DNA of 64,000 nt from assembly GCA_036785375.1 (NCBI GenBank), contig JAWMAR010000462.1, forward strand, positions 1,240,001-1,304,000. The letters run 5' to 3'. The notes beneath the pieces are model-generated. The model searched no databases. It was not told the DNA's origin and was given only the letters and a program-made list of their open reading frames with translations. Source of the stretch: Leucoraja ocellata. Taxonomy: Eukaryota. Shown piece by piece: positions 1 through 11,240 of the stretch; the stretch's first letter is position 1; the number at the start of each line of letters is the position of its first letter. Position numbers and translations under genes: made by a program.

Positions 1-1064
1 ATTCTAGGCCAAATGGCTACTCATCTGCCCATTCCTCTTCGCATTTAAATAAAAATAATAGAAATGCATTTCAGGCTTAGCCAGGTGTACTTTACACCAA
101 AGCATTGGTGCAATCCAGCACAACACAGCATATTAGTTGAGCTAATTCCTGGGGTAATTATCTCCACCCTGAAGGGAAGTCCTCACTGAAGCTAGAAGGG
201 TTGCACGGTTCTGCTTAAAGGAAAGGGAAATGTGCGAACATTGCAGTTGCCAGAGGTGAAGCTTTCTTCTTGGTTGGTTGACCCCTAGCAACAAGGATGG
301 CTTGCTTCCATTTCTACGTCAAAAACTGCAATGAAGTCATTGTAGCTCAGGTTTCTACCTTGGGCTTGCATCTGCTGAGTGTTGACGTGGGTCTTCACAT
401 GTCAGCTGAGTGGGTGAGTTGGGAGATGGTGCATCGCATTCACCATTTTTGCTGGGCTTCTGCGTGCTCCCAGTGCATGGGCTCAAGATTCTCAGCACTA
501 TTCTAAATGTAATTTCTACGTTTCATATGATTTATGTGCCAGAAGCCCAGTTTATGAATGTGCCGACGCGCTGAAGACAGTGATGAATTTCATCAATAAT
601 GGCTGCCTTCATTGAGAGAGCTCTGGACAAATGGGAAGGGGTCCATGTTTTTCCAGGGTCTCGCCATGAATCATTAAAGGGCACTGTTGAACAATGGGGG
701 AGGGGGAGGGGAGAAGAACCATCTTCAGTTCCTCTCTGCTAAATCTTAGAACTTGAACAGGATACTCGCAACTTTTGTGGATAAGGCTAGCAGCTGATAA
801 GTGTCCAGTCTCAACCAGGTGAAGTGGCTGTGGTGCAGGATTGGGATTTATAGAGAGATAGGAATTTAACTTCATCAACCTTGGCCAATGAGCAATATTG
901 CAATGGGCAAGGAGTTGTGCTGATTTTGTTCAATAGTGGGAAGTAGCATTGGCTCAGTTACATGTGAAATAAATCTTAATTTATTTTATCCATTGTGTGC
1001 CATTTCGGAGAAGTTTTCAATACATGGACGACCTAATACTGCACTATAATGTGAGGACAGAATC

Positions 1065-1420
1065 ATGGCCACTCTTTCTCCCCTCTTCCATCAAACAAGA
1101 GGTATAGAAGTGTAAAAGGCACACCTCCAGATTCATGGACAGTTTTTTTCCCAAGTTGCTGTCAGGCAACTGAACCATCCTCCCTACAACTAGAGAGCGG
1201 TTCCGAGTTACTATTTATCTCACTGGAAACCCTCGGACTATCTTAAATCGGATTATACTGGACCTTATCTTTCACTAAACATTATTTCCATCATCATGTA
1301 TTTGTATACTGTGGGTGGCTCGGTTGCAATCGTGGCCAGTCTTTGTCCTGAAAGGTTAGCACGGGACAAAAGCTTTTCAATGTACCTTGGTACATGTGAC
1401 AATAAACTAAACTACACTAA
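1065..1420 (+). mobile_element. Rex1/Babar-like LINE 3' fragment
   Basis: Degenerate RT C-terminal-like sequence (agattcatggacagttttttcccaag...gtcaggcaactgaac) followed by a 3' tail ending aataaactaaact; the same tail recurs at about 7010-7148. Confidence 0.5.
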
Positions 1421-3038
1421 ACCACCTCTGGCCTCCCAGCAAGAGCAGCCCTCTTCCCCTCTCCCCACCTTCAGCTCAGAATGTGACATTGGATTTACAG
1501 CTCCCGCAAAATGCTGAAAGTCTAAGTTCAAAAGGGCACAAATGCTGACTTCATTCAATTTCAATTCAATGTGAGGTTTTTTTTAGCACTAAATACTGCT
1601 TCATTGAATCACCTTTATTCTTACTGATAACAGCATAAAGATACACAGCACAAAACTATTAGATTTCTGGAAAAATAGAATTACACCCCAGGCTGACTGA
1701 CAAACAATACCCTTTAAACACAACTGTCTGTAAACTGATGGCTGCCATTGTCCTTGAATGGATGTCCAATCTGACACATGATCCTATTCTTGGAATTGAT
1801 GGATATGTCTTGCCATTGGGAATCATTTTAAATGCATCAATTTGATTAGTGGCTGGCCTTGTGCTGAAGGTTTGAGCTAAGCATAGGAAATGGACAAGGC
1901 CACACCATTCGTCTGCTCTTGTGGAGCTGGTCACAAGGTGATATTGTCGCACCCGTTCTCAACACAATAATCAGCCAGGGCAGATTGAGTAAAGACAGAT
2001 TCCATGGCAGCCATATATTAAAATAAATAATCTTGTACGTCATGCGTTCAGGGTTAAGGATTACGATGTGCACTTGTTATTTTTGACTTTTGAGGAGATT
2101 AGCTGCACGGGGAAAAATAAAAAAACCTTTTAAGAAATACAAGAACAAGGTGTGATTAGAACTGTTTGCTCAGGTGGTGGATAATGTGGATTTGTTGGAC
2201 CGTAAGAACTGTTTCCATGTACTGTGCTACTGATACTACTATTTTGTGTACTTTATGATCAGCAAGTTTATTCAGTGGCTGTAACCCTGAACCATAAAAC
2301 GAGCAAGTTACTCTATGGCCTCAAGCAAAACGCAAAGTGCTGGAGGGAACTCGGCAGGACATGCAGCATTTGTGGAGGGCCACTTCTGTGCCAGTTATAT
2401 TATGACCTGGTGTCCCATGACTCGTACTGAATAGGACTGTCTGCATCAAATTACTCCTACGCCTATGCTAAATTGGGTGCGGCTGGTGGAAGTGGGATAC
2501 AATCAGCTTGTATTCCTGGGTGAATGAGTAGGAAAATCAGAGTACCTGGCTCTTGTTTTGCCAAGATGGGCATAGGGCAACAATCTAACTGGAGCTCTGT
2601 GTGGATTACTGACTTGCTGACAGAGTGAAGAGTTATGATACTTGATGTACCAGAGATCTTCTGACATCTGTTCTAAACTGCCCCAGCTAAATGGAAACGC
2701 ATGTAAACTGATATTCCTTGTCCAGTAAAGATTATAAAGTGGTATTGGGTAGATAGTTATTTTTCCGTGGGGGGGGGGGGGGTGTTGGACACAGGGCGCT
2801 GGGTGCCTAGAATGTGCCACCAGGAGTGATGGTGGAATCGGATACAATGGAACTCATTATTTAATTTATGTAAAGCACTTTGGGGTCAATGCAAATTGAC
2901 TAAAAATATGCTATATAAATAAACTTACTTTACTTTACTTTACAATAGCAATATTTTAGAGACGTCTGAACAGACATGAAAAGGCAGGGATACGGACAAT
3001 GTGCAAGCAGATGGGATTAATCAGGTTGGCATCGTAAA

Positions 3039-3315
3039 GGGTTGCATAGTGGCAAAGCTGATAGAGCTGCTGCCTCACAGCGCCAAAGACCTGGGTTTAA
3101 TTCTGATTTTGGGTGCTATCTGGGTAGACTGATGCACATTCTGAGGCACTAATGCACATTCTCCCTGTGAACCTGTGAGTTTCTTTCGGGTGCTCTGGTT
3201 TCCTCCTGCAGGGAGGGAGTGGGTGGGGAAAGTGGGTTAACATGGAACTAGTGTAAACACATGATCAGCGATCAGTGGGGACTGTGCTGAAGGGCCTGTT
3301 TCCATGCTGCATCAT
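3039..3315 (+). mobile_element. tRNA-derived V-SINE (HE1-like, cartilaginous fish)
   Basis: tRNA-like head (gtggcaaagctgatagagctgctgcctcacagcgccaaagacctgggtttaattc), central cgggtgctctggtttcctcc core and CR1-like 3' end (gggcctgtttccatgctg). Confidence 0.65.
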
Positions 3316-3397
3316 TTAATCAGTCATGTTCTGTGTGGGCACGGTGGGCTGAAGGACGTGTTCCTGTGCTGTATTCTCACAATACTCTCCTGTTTAG

Positions 3398-3577
3398 ATT
3401 CAGGAACTGCATGAAGAAGAGAGTGACTGGGTGGAGTATGCTGCTGATGAGCTCACAGTGAAGATGAGACTAACTGAGGACATCTTTAACATCCTGGTTG
3501 AGGACACAGCAAATATTCTCAGCACCATCTATAGCAAGAGGCTGGCCGAGCAAGAGTTCATCACCTCCACCACATGA
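3398..3577 (+). CDS. CCDC187: Terminal coding exon of a CEP350-paralogous gene (CCDC187/CEP350-like)
   Basis: Acceptor ctctcctgtttag|ATT; translates IQELHEEESDWVEYAADELTVKMRLTEDIFNILVEDTANILSTIYSKRLAEQEFITSTT*, resembling the CEP350 C-terminus (QELHEEE..WV.Y..DEL.VKM.L...IF..L..DT). Symbol inferred from its position upstream of QSOX2. Confidence 0.75.
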   Translation: MQELHEEESDWVEYAADELTVKMRLTEDIFNILVEDTANILSTIYSKRLAEQEFITSTT

Positions 3578-4819
3578 AATTTCAGGCAATGTATCATTGA
3601 CAATGTACTGGCAACACCAGATGAAGAACCAGATGTTAAAATGTTTCTCAGAATGTTCATAATCACCACTTAATGTGCAAAATTAAATCCAGGGAATTTA
3701 ATTAACGCTGAGCAAATGGACATAACCGCCTGATTTGCACTGGGGACATGGTATAACTTGGAAGTTGACAAGCAAGGTGATGGCCATCCATTGGCAGTGG
3801 CCTTACCATAGCACAGGGCACCCACTTCTAGGTTGAAAGTTGTGGGTTTAAGTCTGCCACAAGGACTGTACAAAATCCATGTGAAAATTGGGAATGTTGT
3901 GGTACAAGAGGTGCACTTTTTGAGTCTGCTCCTCACGTGGATTTTAAACTTATGCTAGAAGGACAGAGACTTTATCTGATTTTTAAGGAAATAGAATGTA
4001 CAAAGCTACGAGAAGAGCAAGTACCAGGATTGCTCTTGAGTAGAACTGGTATGAACCTGACAGTCTAAATGGCCTTTTGAGAGATGTAACTCCTCTGTGA
4101 AATTGAACAGAAATGAGTGCTGAATGGATTCTTCTCTCTTCTGAATCATTCACCAAGGCACTAAATTAGCGTTACCACAGATGCATTTTGGGTGGATGAC
4201 TTAATTTAGTCATGTAGCTCACCTTAAGTGTTTAGTCAGGCAGGCGTTTACTGGTTGTTTTCTGTACACAGGTGTTAAATGAAGTCTGTTATGGTGGACC
4301 GTAAAACAAATGGAACTGAAATATGAACTATACTCATGCTGGACTATGCTAGAGTCTTGTGTGCTCAACTTTAGGCAGTTAAACCTCCTTAAGAAATATA
4401 TGGAGCACAGCAGATAAGTTTGGAATTCTTACATTTAGCTTTTAAATACCTTTGCAAATGTAAAATACCTTCACAACTGCAAATGGTTCATATTTATTGG
4501 TATCCTGCAGAACATGGCTATATTAAGAGTGACAAGGAATCTGTTGTGGTGCAGGACAGCTGTTTAGTATCTGCTCAACATGTTCTCTGAATGCTGTCCA
4601 ATAGTTTGACTGTTTATATCAGACATTATCAGTGCTTTATTTACTGGACAAAAAGGTGCCAGAATGTACCATTAGTAAACATGTGCCACGTTGCCAGAAA
4701 ACAAAATAATGTTTAACTTTTTAGAGGCGCCCACCATCATAAAAAGCCTGGACATTACACACCTCAAACATTCTTCAGTTGGAGATTAAAGTGACATATA
4801 TTGAAAGGAAGTTAAACCT

Positions 4820-5030
4820 AGAACATGGAACAGTACAGCACTGGAACAGGCCCTTCTGTCCCCAATGGCTGTGCCAAAAATGATGCCAAGTTAAACTAAC
4901 AAGTTAAACTAATCTGCTTGCACTTGTTCCATATCCCTCCATTCCCTACATATCCCTCGAAAAGCCTCTTCAACACCACTATTGTATCTAACTCCATCAC
5001 CACCCCCCGGCAATATATTCCAGGCACCCA
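4820..5030 (-). mobile_element. CR1-type LINE 3' end remnant
   Basis: Reverse complement of a CR1 3' UTR (tagaacatggaacagtacagcac...aacaggccctt...ccatatccctccattccc). Confidence 0.55.
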
Positions 5031-5470
5031 CATACCACAATAACTCTTAATTATTAAAATTATTCAGCTGTAGAAATGTTTGATATTTTTAATTCCCCAG
5101 CATTGACACAAGGCATTAGGTAAATTAAAACATCAGGGACTTGGCTGTGCCTTGTTTTTTATTTCCCTCCTCAGTTTCTGAGCCTTGGGATGCTGTTGCC
5201 ATGACTCTAATCTCCTCAGTGACAGAGATCCACTCATTATAGCACATGCCTTCCAAATCTGAAAGAAAATTAGAAAATGCTGGAAATATTCAGCAAGTCA
5301 GGCCTCATCTGTGGGAAGAGCAATGGAGCTAATGTTTCAGGTCGAAGACCCTTCATTAGAGACGGGAAGTTCCTGTGCTTCTACTGTTCTATGTTCTACA
5401 AGAGCTATATGTGTAAAGGCTCAATAACCATGAGATTTACCAAAAAAATTGAATAATTTAAACCTTTATG

Positions 5471-5666
5471 AAGATAGACACAAAATGCTGGAGTAACGCA
5501 GCGGGACAGGCAAGAATGGGTGACGTTTCGGGTCAAGACCCTTCTTCAGACTGAAACGTCACATGACCCATTCCTTCTACCCAGAGATGTTGCCTGTCAC
5601 ACTGAGTTACTCCAGCATTTTGTCTATCTTCGGTATAAACCAGCATCTGCAGTTCCTTTCTACACA
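5471..5666. mobile_element. Penelope-like terminal-repeat insertion, fold-back, with intact hammerhead core on the - strand (5522..5549)
   Basis: Inverted arms agacacaaaatgctggagtaac... / ...gttactccagcattttgtctatct; the - strand reads CTGAAGA-AGGGTCTTGACCC-GAAACGTC. Confidence 0.7.
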
Positions 5667-6697
5667 TTTATTCCTTTGTGAAATTAGAATGAACGTTAAT
5701 TAGAATTATCCATGTGGAATTATGTCTAATTTTAAGCAGTTATAACTTTTAAACATAGTAATAATCTCATTGGAAATGCTGTTTTATAACAATTCTTAAT
5801 TATTGCAAATATTCAGTTGTAAGCAATTGATGGTGTGGCAATAACACCAGTTATGTTATGAACATGGATGATCATTTTTCCTTTTTACTATTGATAACAT
5901 TGGGTAAATTTATCCTTTTGAGTTGAAGAGCCAACAGACCTGATTGTTCTAAGTTTCTCAATTTCAAAACTGAAAACTGACTTTTGTTGCACTTTATAAC
6001 TTTGGTAAAAAATGGCTTGACTTTCAAGGTGATTAATGATCATGACAAATTTGTAACTTTATTTAGATCAATGGAAATTAATATTCCGTTATTTCATGTT
6101 GAGATCAGTCTTTCCTTGGTGCGGATTATTAGGGAAAAGTCTAATACAAAGGAGAGACAATATTGAGCTCAAAACTAGTGTTGAAATAGGGTCCTGACCC
6201 GAAGCATCTTCCATACATTTCCCTCCACAGATGCTGCCTGACTTGCTGAGTCCCTCCTATTTTAATTTTTCCCAAGCACTGATGAAATACATCAACTTCC
6301 TACAGCATTTTGCTGCAAGAACCAGACAGCATGCTATTATTCTGCTTTGAGGAAAATAATAATCAATGTTAAATTTTAAAATATTCACCATGTACCTATG
6401 TCATTGAGTGATCTGTTATAAGTTTTCCTGTTTTGTTATTCAAAGGTGATTTGCAGTGAGCTTGTATTGTATATTTATTACTCAGATTTTAATTTTTAAC
6501 AAAGTTGGACCATGATACAAATTAACGAATCATGATAATTCACTTCTGAAATCTTCCAAATGAGTCATTTAATTGTCCAAATTATGGCAAGGCAATCATT
6601 TAAATAATAACAATGGAAACTTAAAAATTTTATATATATCCATTGGAAAGTTCTTATTACTTGTTGTATTTTTAAAACCATGTTTGTATTTTTATGA

Positions 6698-6703
6698 AAT
6701 AAA
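6698..6703 (+). terminator. Candidate polyadenylation signal of the CCDC187-like gene
   Basis: AATAAA after an AT-rich UTR-like tract, followed by GT/T-rich sequence (atgttttgtt). Confidence 0.45.
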
Positions 6704-7894
6704 GCTTGCAATGTTTTGTTAACAGCTGGAAATCAGCTTGTCCTTATTTTGTCCTGAGGGTGGAAGTGTGGAAGAAATGTTGGTTCTGCTCTGGTCTGGC
6801 CAATCTTTAGTTTCACATTATGAAACAAAAACGAATTAGTCCTTCGCATATTTTACAAATTTATTTTGTTGCTCTGATTTTGACATTATAATGAACAATT
6901 ACAACTCAGAAAAGCTTAGTTAACGGCAAAGTGGGTCTGATATCTGGAAAGGAATGTGAAAAGCATCATCGAAAACAAAATTGTTTCTTTTCTCATCCAC
7001 TAAATGTTGCACCCTTTATCCTTTATCTCTACACTGTAGACAGATTGATTTTATTCATGTATGGTCTTTTCTTTGACTGGATAGCACGCAAACAAAAGCT
7101 TTTCATTGTACCTCTGTACGTATAACAATAATAAACTAAAGTAAACTATCTTTGCTTCCATTGGTCTTTTAGATGTTGCAACAATTCCATAATACAAATG
7201 CAGACCTAACATGACGATGTATTGAATTAATTTCTGGTCACACTCTATGCAAAGGTACTGAAGAGATTTACTAAAATTTCAGGCATAAAGGATTTCGGCT
7301 ACATTTTGTTTCTGATACAAATGACACTGCAGAGTAGAAGAGGTCTATTTTACATTTTACATGCTGAGACCTGAAAGCTGATTAAAAACATTTTTAATTC
7401 CAGCTTGAGTGTCCTATGTGTTAAAAGGCTGAGATCAACATCTACATGATGCTAATGCTGCGCTGTATCAGATTTTAGCAGCTCGATGAACATTGTGTAC
7501 CATACAAATAGAAAATAAATGTTTCAGGATAAAATTGTTTGTGCAGTCCAGAATATGCAAGTACAAAGGAGGCTGTTCAATGAGAAGAAACTGAATTTTA
7601 CACTTACATTTGATATTGCCTCTGCAATGAAGGCAGCAGTAAAACAAGCATAGGATTTTGAAATTGCCCAATGAAAGATCAGAGTGTGACCATGTTCTGG
7701 GCTAGCTCTGTGGCATTTCCAAGTAAAGGAAATAACAAGAATAGCAATAATTATCATTGTGGAAGCACAGCATTCAAATGAGTCTTTGATGTAAAAAGTT
7801 GACACAAGGCAACAGTTTACTTGAAAGCCAAGCAAGATGATATCAAACTTGAGGCCAAACTGAGTGAGTGCCTGGAATATGCTGGCAGGGGTGG

Positions 7895-8160
7895 GTCAAG
7901 TCAAGTTTATTTGTCACATACACATACGAGATGTGCAGTGAAATGAAAGTGGCAAAGCTCGCGGACTTTTGTGCAAAAAGACAAACAACCAAACAAACTA
8001 TAAACACAATCATAAACACGCATATTCTTTTACATAATAAATAATGGAAGGAAAAACGTTCAGTAGAGTTAGTCCCTGGTGTGATGTGCGTTTACAGACC
8101 GAATGGCCTCTGGGAAGAAACTCCTTCTCAACCTCTCCGTTCTCACCGCATGGCAACGGA
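7895..8160 (-). mobile_element. Rex1/Babar-like LINE 3' end
   Basis: tcaagtcaagtttatttgtcacatac... reverse-strand tail, then gaatggcctctgggaagaaactccttctc. Confidence 0.5.
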
Positions 8161-8609
8161 GGCGTTTGGAAGCAGATAGGGTAGAAACATTTCAGAGGGT
8201 TTTGGGTGGGATATGCTTGGAATGGAGGAATATGGATCATGTGCTGGCTGAGGAGATTTGTTTGTCTTGGCAGGGTCATCACAAACATTATGGGCTGAAG
8301 GGCTTGTTCCTGTGTGGTACTGTTCCATGTTATGTAAAAACCTGATTTACAGGTTGATTCGCATCTGATTTACATCTGAAAATCTGATTTACATAAACAC
8401 CTGATACAACTTTAATCCTTTGTGAAATTGGAATGAAAGTTAATTACTGTAGGTAGTTGAGCTCAATACTATAGTTGAAGTAGAGTCCTGACGCAAAGTA
8501 TCATCCACATACTTCCCTTCACAGATACGATCTGACCCACAGCATCCCTCCAATCTTGGGTTTCTCAACCACAGTTGAATTCACAGCATGACTTTCATCA
8601 CTCTGAACT

Positions 8610-9030
8610 CCAATCATAATCATACATTTATAGCCAAGTATGTTTTGCAACATACAAGAAATTTGATTTACCATATAGTCATCCCAATAAAAAGCAATAG
8701 AACACACTAAATACATTATAGCATGAACATCCACCATAGTGGCTCCTCTGCATTCCTCACTGTGATGGAAGGTGAAAAAAAGTTCAATCTCTCCCTTCTT
8801 TGTCCTCCAGTGGTCAGGGACCTCCAACCTTCCGTTGACAGGACGATCTTACTCCCATAGCCGGCGGCAGGTCTCCTCATCGGGGCGATCAAGTTCCTGC
8901 ATCTGAGGGAAATCTCGGCTCCGCCGCACCGGGCAATCTACCCCAGGTCGGGGCTAGTCATGCGGCTTTTGGAGCTTCCCGATATCAGTCTCAACCTGAG
9001 ACTGCGAGCTCCTTGATGTTAAAGTCCGCA
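8610..9030 (-). mobile_element. Partial copy of an ~800 bp non-coding interspersed repeat
   Basis: Extensive similarity to 44420..44890 (agccaagtatgttttgcaacatac..., aagttcaatctctcccttctttgt, gacccc/ccccaggtcggggct). Confidence 0.7.
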
Positions 9031-9219
9031 ATGTTAGGAATAGGTGATGTCCGTAAAGATCCCAGGCAAGGAATCGGCTCCGATGTTAAGTCCACAATGT
9101 TAGGAATGGGTGATGTTTCGGGTCGAGACCTTCTGAAGAGTCCCACTAAATTACTCCAGCTTTTTGTGTCTATCTTCGGTGTAAACCAGCATCTGCAGTT
9201 CCTTCCTACACCTATCTTC

Positions 9220-9362
9220 ATACCGTTGCATTGTCAGCTACCCTAGCGTTTTGGAGGTGTTGTTCCTCCAGTTTATGTGCGGCCTTATTATGGGAATGGT
9301 GGAGGCCCAGGCCAGAAAGGATGTTGTTGAATGGGGAGGGGGAGTTAAAATGATTTGCAATC
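9220..9362 (-). mobile_element. Penelope-like GIY-YIG endonuclease C-terminal remnant
   Basis: Similar to 12317..12455 (tgttcctccagttt..., ggaggcccaggccagaaagg, ggggagttaaaatgatt). Confidence 0.6.
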
Positions 9363-9518
9363 CACCGCATGGACCACATGTGTTAAAGTTTCTCTCAAAC
9401 TCGATAGATACAAATTGCTAGAGTAACTTAGCAGGACAGGCAGCATCTCTGGAGAGAAGGAATGGGTGACGTTTCGCGTCAAGACTCTTCTTCAGAGATG
9501 CTGCCTGTTCTGCTGAAT

Positions 9519-10144
9519 AAGCAAGTTCGGTATTCTGAAAAAACGTATTTGACAAATCCCATGATTCCTTTGCGGGAACCGCTGCTCAGCGATTCCCCTT
9601 GCTGCACCGACTGAGGTTAGAGCTTCGTGTTGGGGAGAATCGCACCTGCCCTTCCCCACAGTGAGTGGGACCCGAATCCCTCGGCATCGTCACAGGTCAC
9701 AGAGCGACCTTGGCGGGCCAGTGACCGTGGCTGCCGGTTGGCCCCCTCGACCCAGGAGCAGCGGAGGGGGAGGGTAGGTGCAATTCTCCCCAGACCCGGA
9801 GCTCCAGCCTCAGTCGATGCAGCGACGGGAATCGGTGAGCAGCAGTTCCCGCAAAGGAGAGGTGGTCAGTGGGATAGATGGTGGGAGAGAGGAGACAGGG
9901 ACTGGTGAACGGGAGAGGGGCTTATTTCCCCCCCGCGCCGGCTGCAAGTCCAGGGTCGCCACCAGACAGGGACGGGTACATCTGGCCACCCTTCTGCATG
10001 GACCAGTGGAGAAGGGGGAACTAGTGTCGCTAACTCCAGTAACAATCCAACAGCGCTTGCAGCGTGGGAGACCCAGTTCGATCCAATGTTTATCTACAGT
10101 AACCTGTAACATGGGCATGCGCCATCTGAATACCGAACTCGCTT
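9519..10144. mobile_element. Non-autonomous DNA transposon (626 bp) nested in a Penelope-like terminal repeat
   Basis: Inverted termini AAGCAAGTTCGGTATTC / GAATACCGAACTCGCTT (16/17); flanked by AT on both sides; the host repeat is split (9405..9518 and 10145..10177). Confidence 0.7.
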
Positions 10145-10369
10145 ATTGTTCCAGCTTTTTGTGTCTATCTTCGGTATAAGATAGTTATATGGACGGGAAG
10201 GGAATGGAGGGTTATGGTCTGAGCGCAGGTATATGGGACTAGGGGAGATTATGTGTTCGGCACGGACTAGAAGGGTCGAGAATGGCCTGTTTCCGTGCTG
10301 TAATTGTTATATGGTTATGTGGTTATCTGTAGTGCCTTCCTGCAGATTTCTCTCGTAAAGTATCCAAGC

Positions 10370-10576
10370 TCCCGTGACGTAACAGCAGCCGCGTTTGCCC
10401 CGGAGCCGCACGCCCCGCCCCTCCCCGTGACGTCAGGCGGCGACGCGGGTGAGAGGTGACGTCACAGGAGCTGCGGTTGCCCCGGAGCCGGACGCCCGCC
10501 CCCTCCCCGTGACGTCAGGCGGCGGCGTCGTGGGTGAGAGGTGACGCGGCTCGAGCGGCTGGCGGCCGTTGGGAAG
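10370..10576 (+). promoter_or_regulatory. QSOX2 CpG-island promoter/5' UTR with duplicated CRE and GC-box unit
   Basis: CpG-dense; TGACGTCA at 10428, 10457 and 10510; TGACGTAA at 10375; CCCGCCCC boxes; directly upstream of ATG 10577. Confidence 0.8.
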
Positions 10577-10850
10577 ATGGTGGCGCCGGGTCGGGGCAAG
10601 TGCTCGAGCTCCCGTGCTCTGCTCGCCCTCACCGCCGCCACCCTCACGCTGCTGGGGCAGCTGCTGCGCCATGGACACGCCGCCAGCCTGTACGGCGGGG
10701 AGGACGCGGTGGTCATCCTGGAGGCCCAGGCGGTCAAGGCGCTGCTGGCCAACTCTCCCAGCGCCTGGGTGGTGGAGTTCTACTCGTCCTGGTGCGGCCA
10801 CTGCGTTAGCTTCGCCCCCACCTGGAGAACGCTGGCCCGCGATGTCCAAG
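10577..10850 (+). CDS. QSOX2: Sulfhydryl oxidase 2, exon 1 (signal/anchor + thioredoxin WCGHC)
   Basis: aagATGG Kozak context; MVAPGRGK...[28 protein letters not shown]; donor G|gtgagg, phase 1. Confidence 0.93.
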
Positions 10851-10954
10851 GTGAGGCCCGCAGGGGAACTAACACCGTTACCTCGGGGCACACTAAGTGC
10901 TCGACTAACTCAGCGGGTCTCCGCAGGTCAGGCGGCATATGTTGGTTTTCGGCT

Positions 10955-11240
10955 CTGAAGTAGGGTCTCGACTCGAAACGTCACCCATTCTTTCTCTCCA
11001 GAGATGCTGCCAGTCCCGCTGAGTTACTCCAGCATTTTATGTCTGGACAGGCGACGTGTCGGGTCGGGACTCTTCAGAAGAAAAGAAACCTCGCCTATCC
11101 ATGATCTCCTGAGAGACCCTTCTTCAGACTGGTTACAAGCTCCTGACCCAAAGCGACACCCAGACGCTGAGATGTTGCCTCGCCCACTGAGTTACCCCAG
11201 CACTTTGTGTCTTTTTTTTGTAAACCAGCATTACAGTTCT
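10955..11240. mobile_element. Cluster of Penelope-like terminal repeats at the start of intron 1
   Basis: ctgaagtagggtctcgactcgaaacgtcacccattc...gctgagttactccagcatttt plus further partial copies in both orientations. Confidence 0.65.

Noticed and set aside
3039-3110. Possible tRNA gene
   Set aside because: Degenerate tRNA-derived SINE head continuing into the SINE body; no intact cloverleaf
9627-10179. ORFs of 93-133 aa upstream of QSOX2
   Set aside because: Lie inside the TIR-bounded GC-rich element; no transposase or other motifs
10433-10958. Several overlapping 90-150 aa ORFs on both strands
   Set aside because: Shadow frames of the GC-rich QSOX2 exon 1; no recognisable domains
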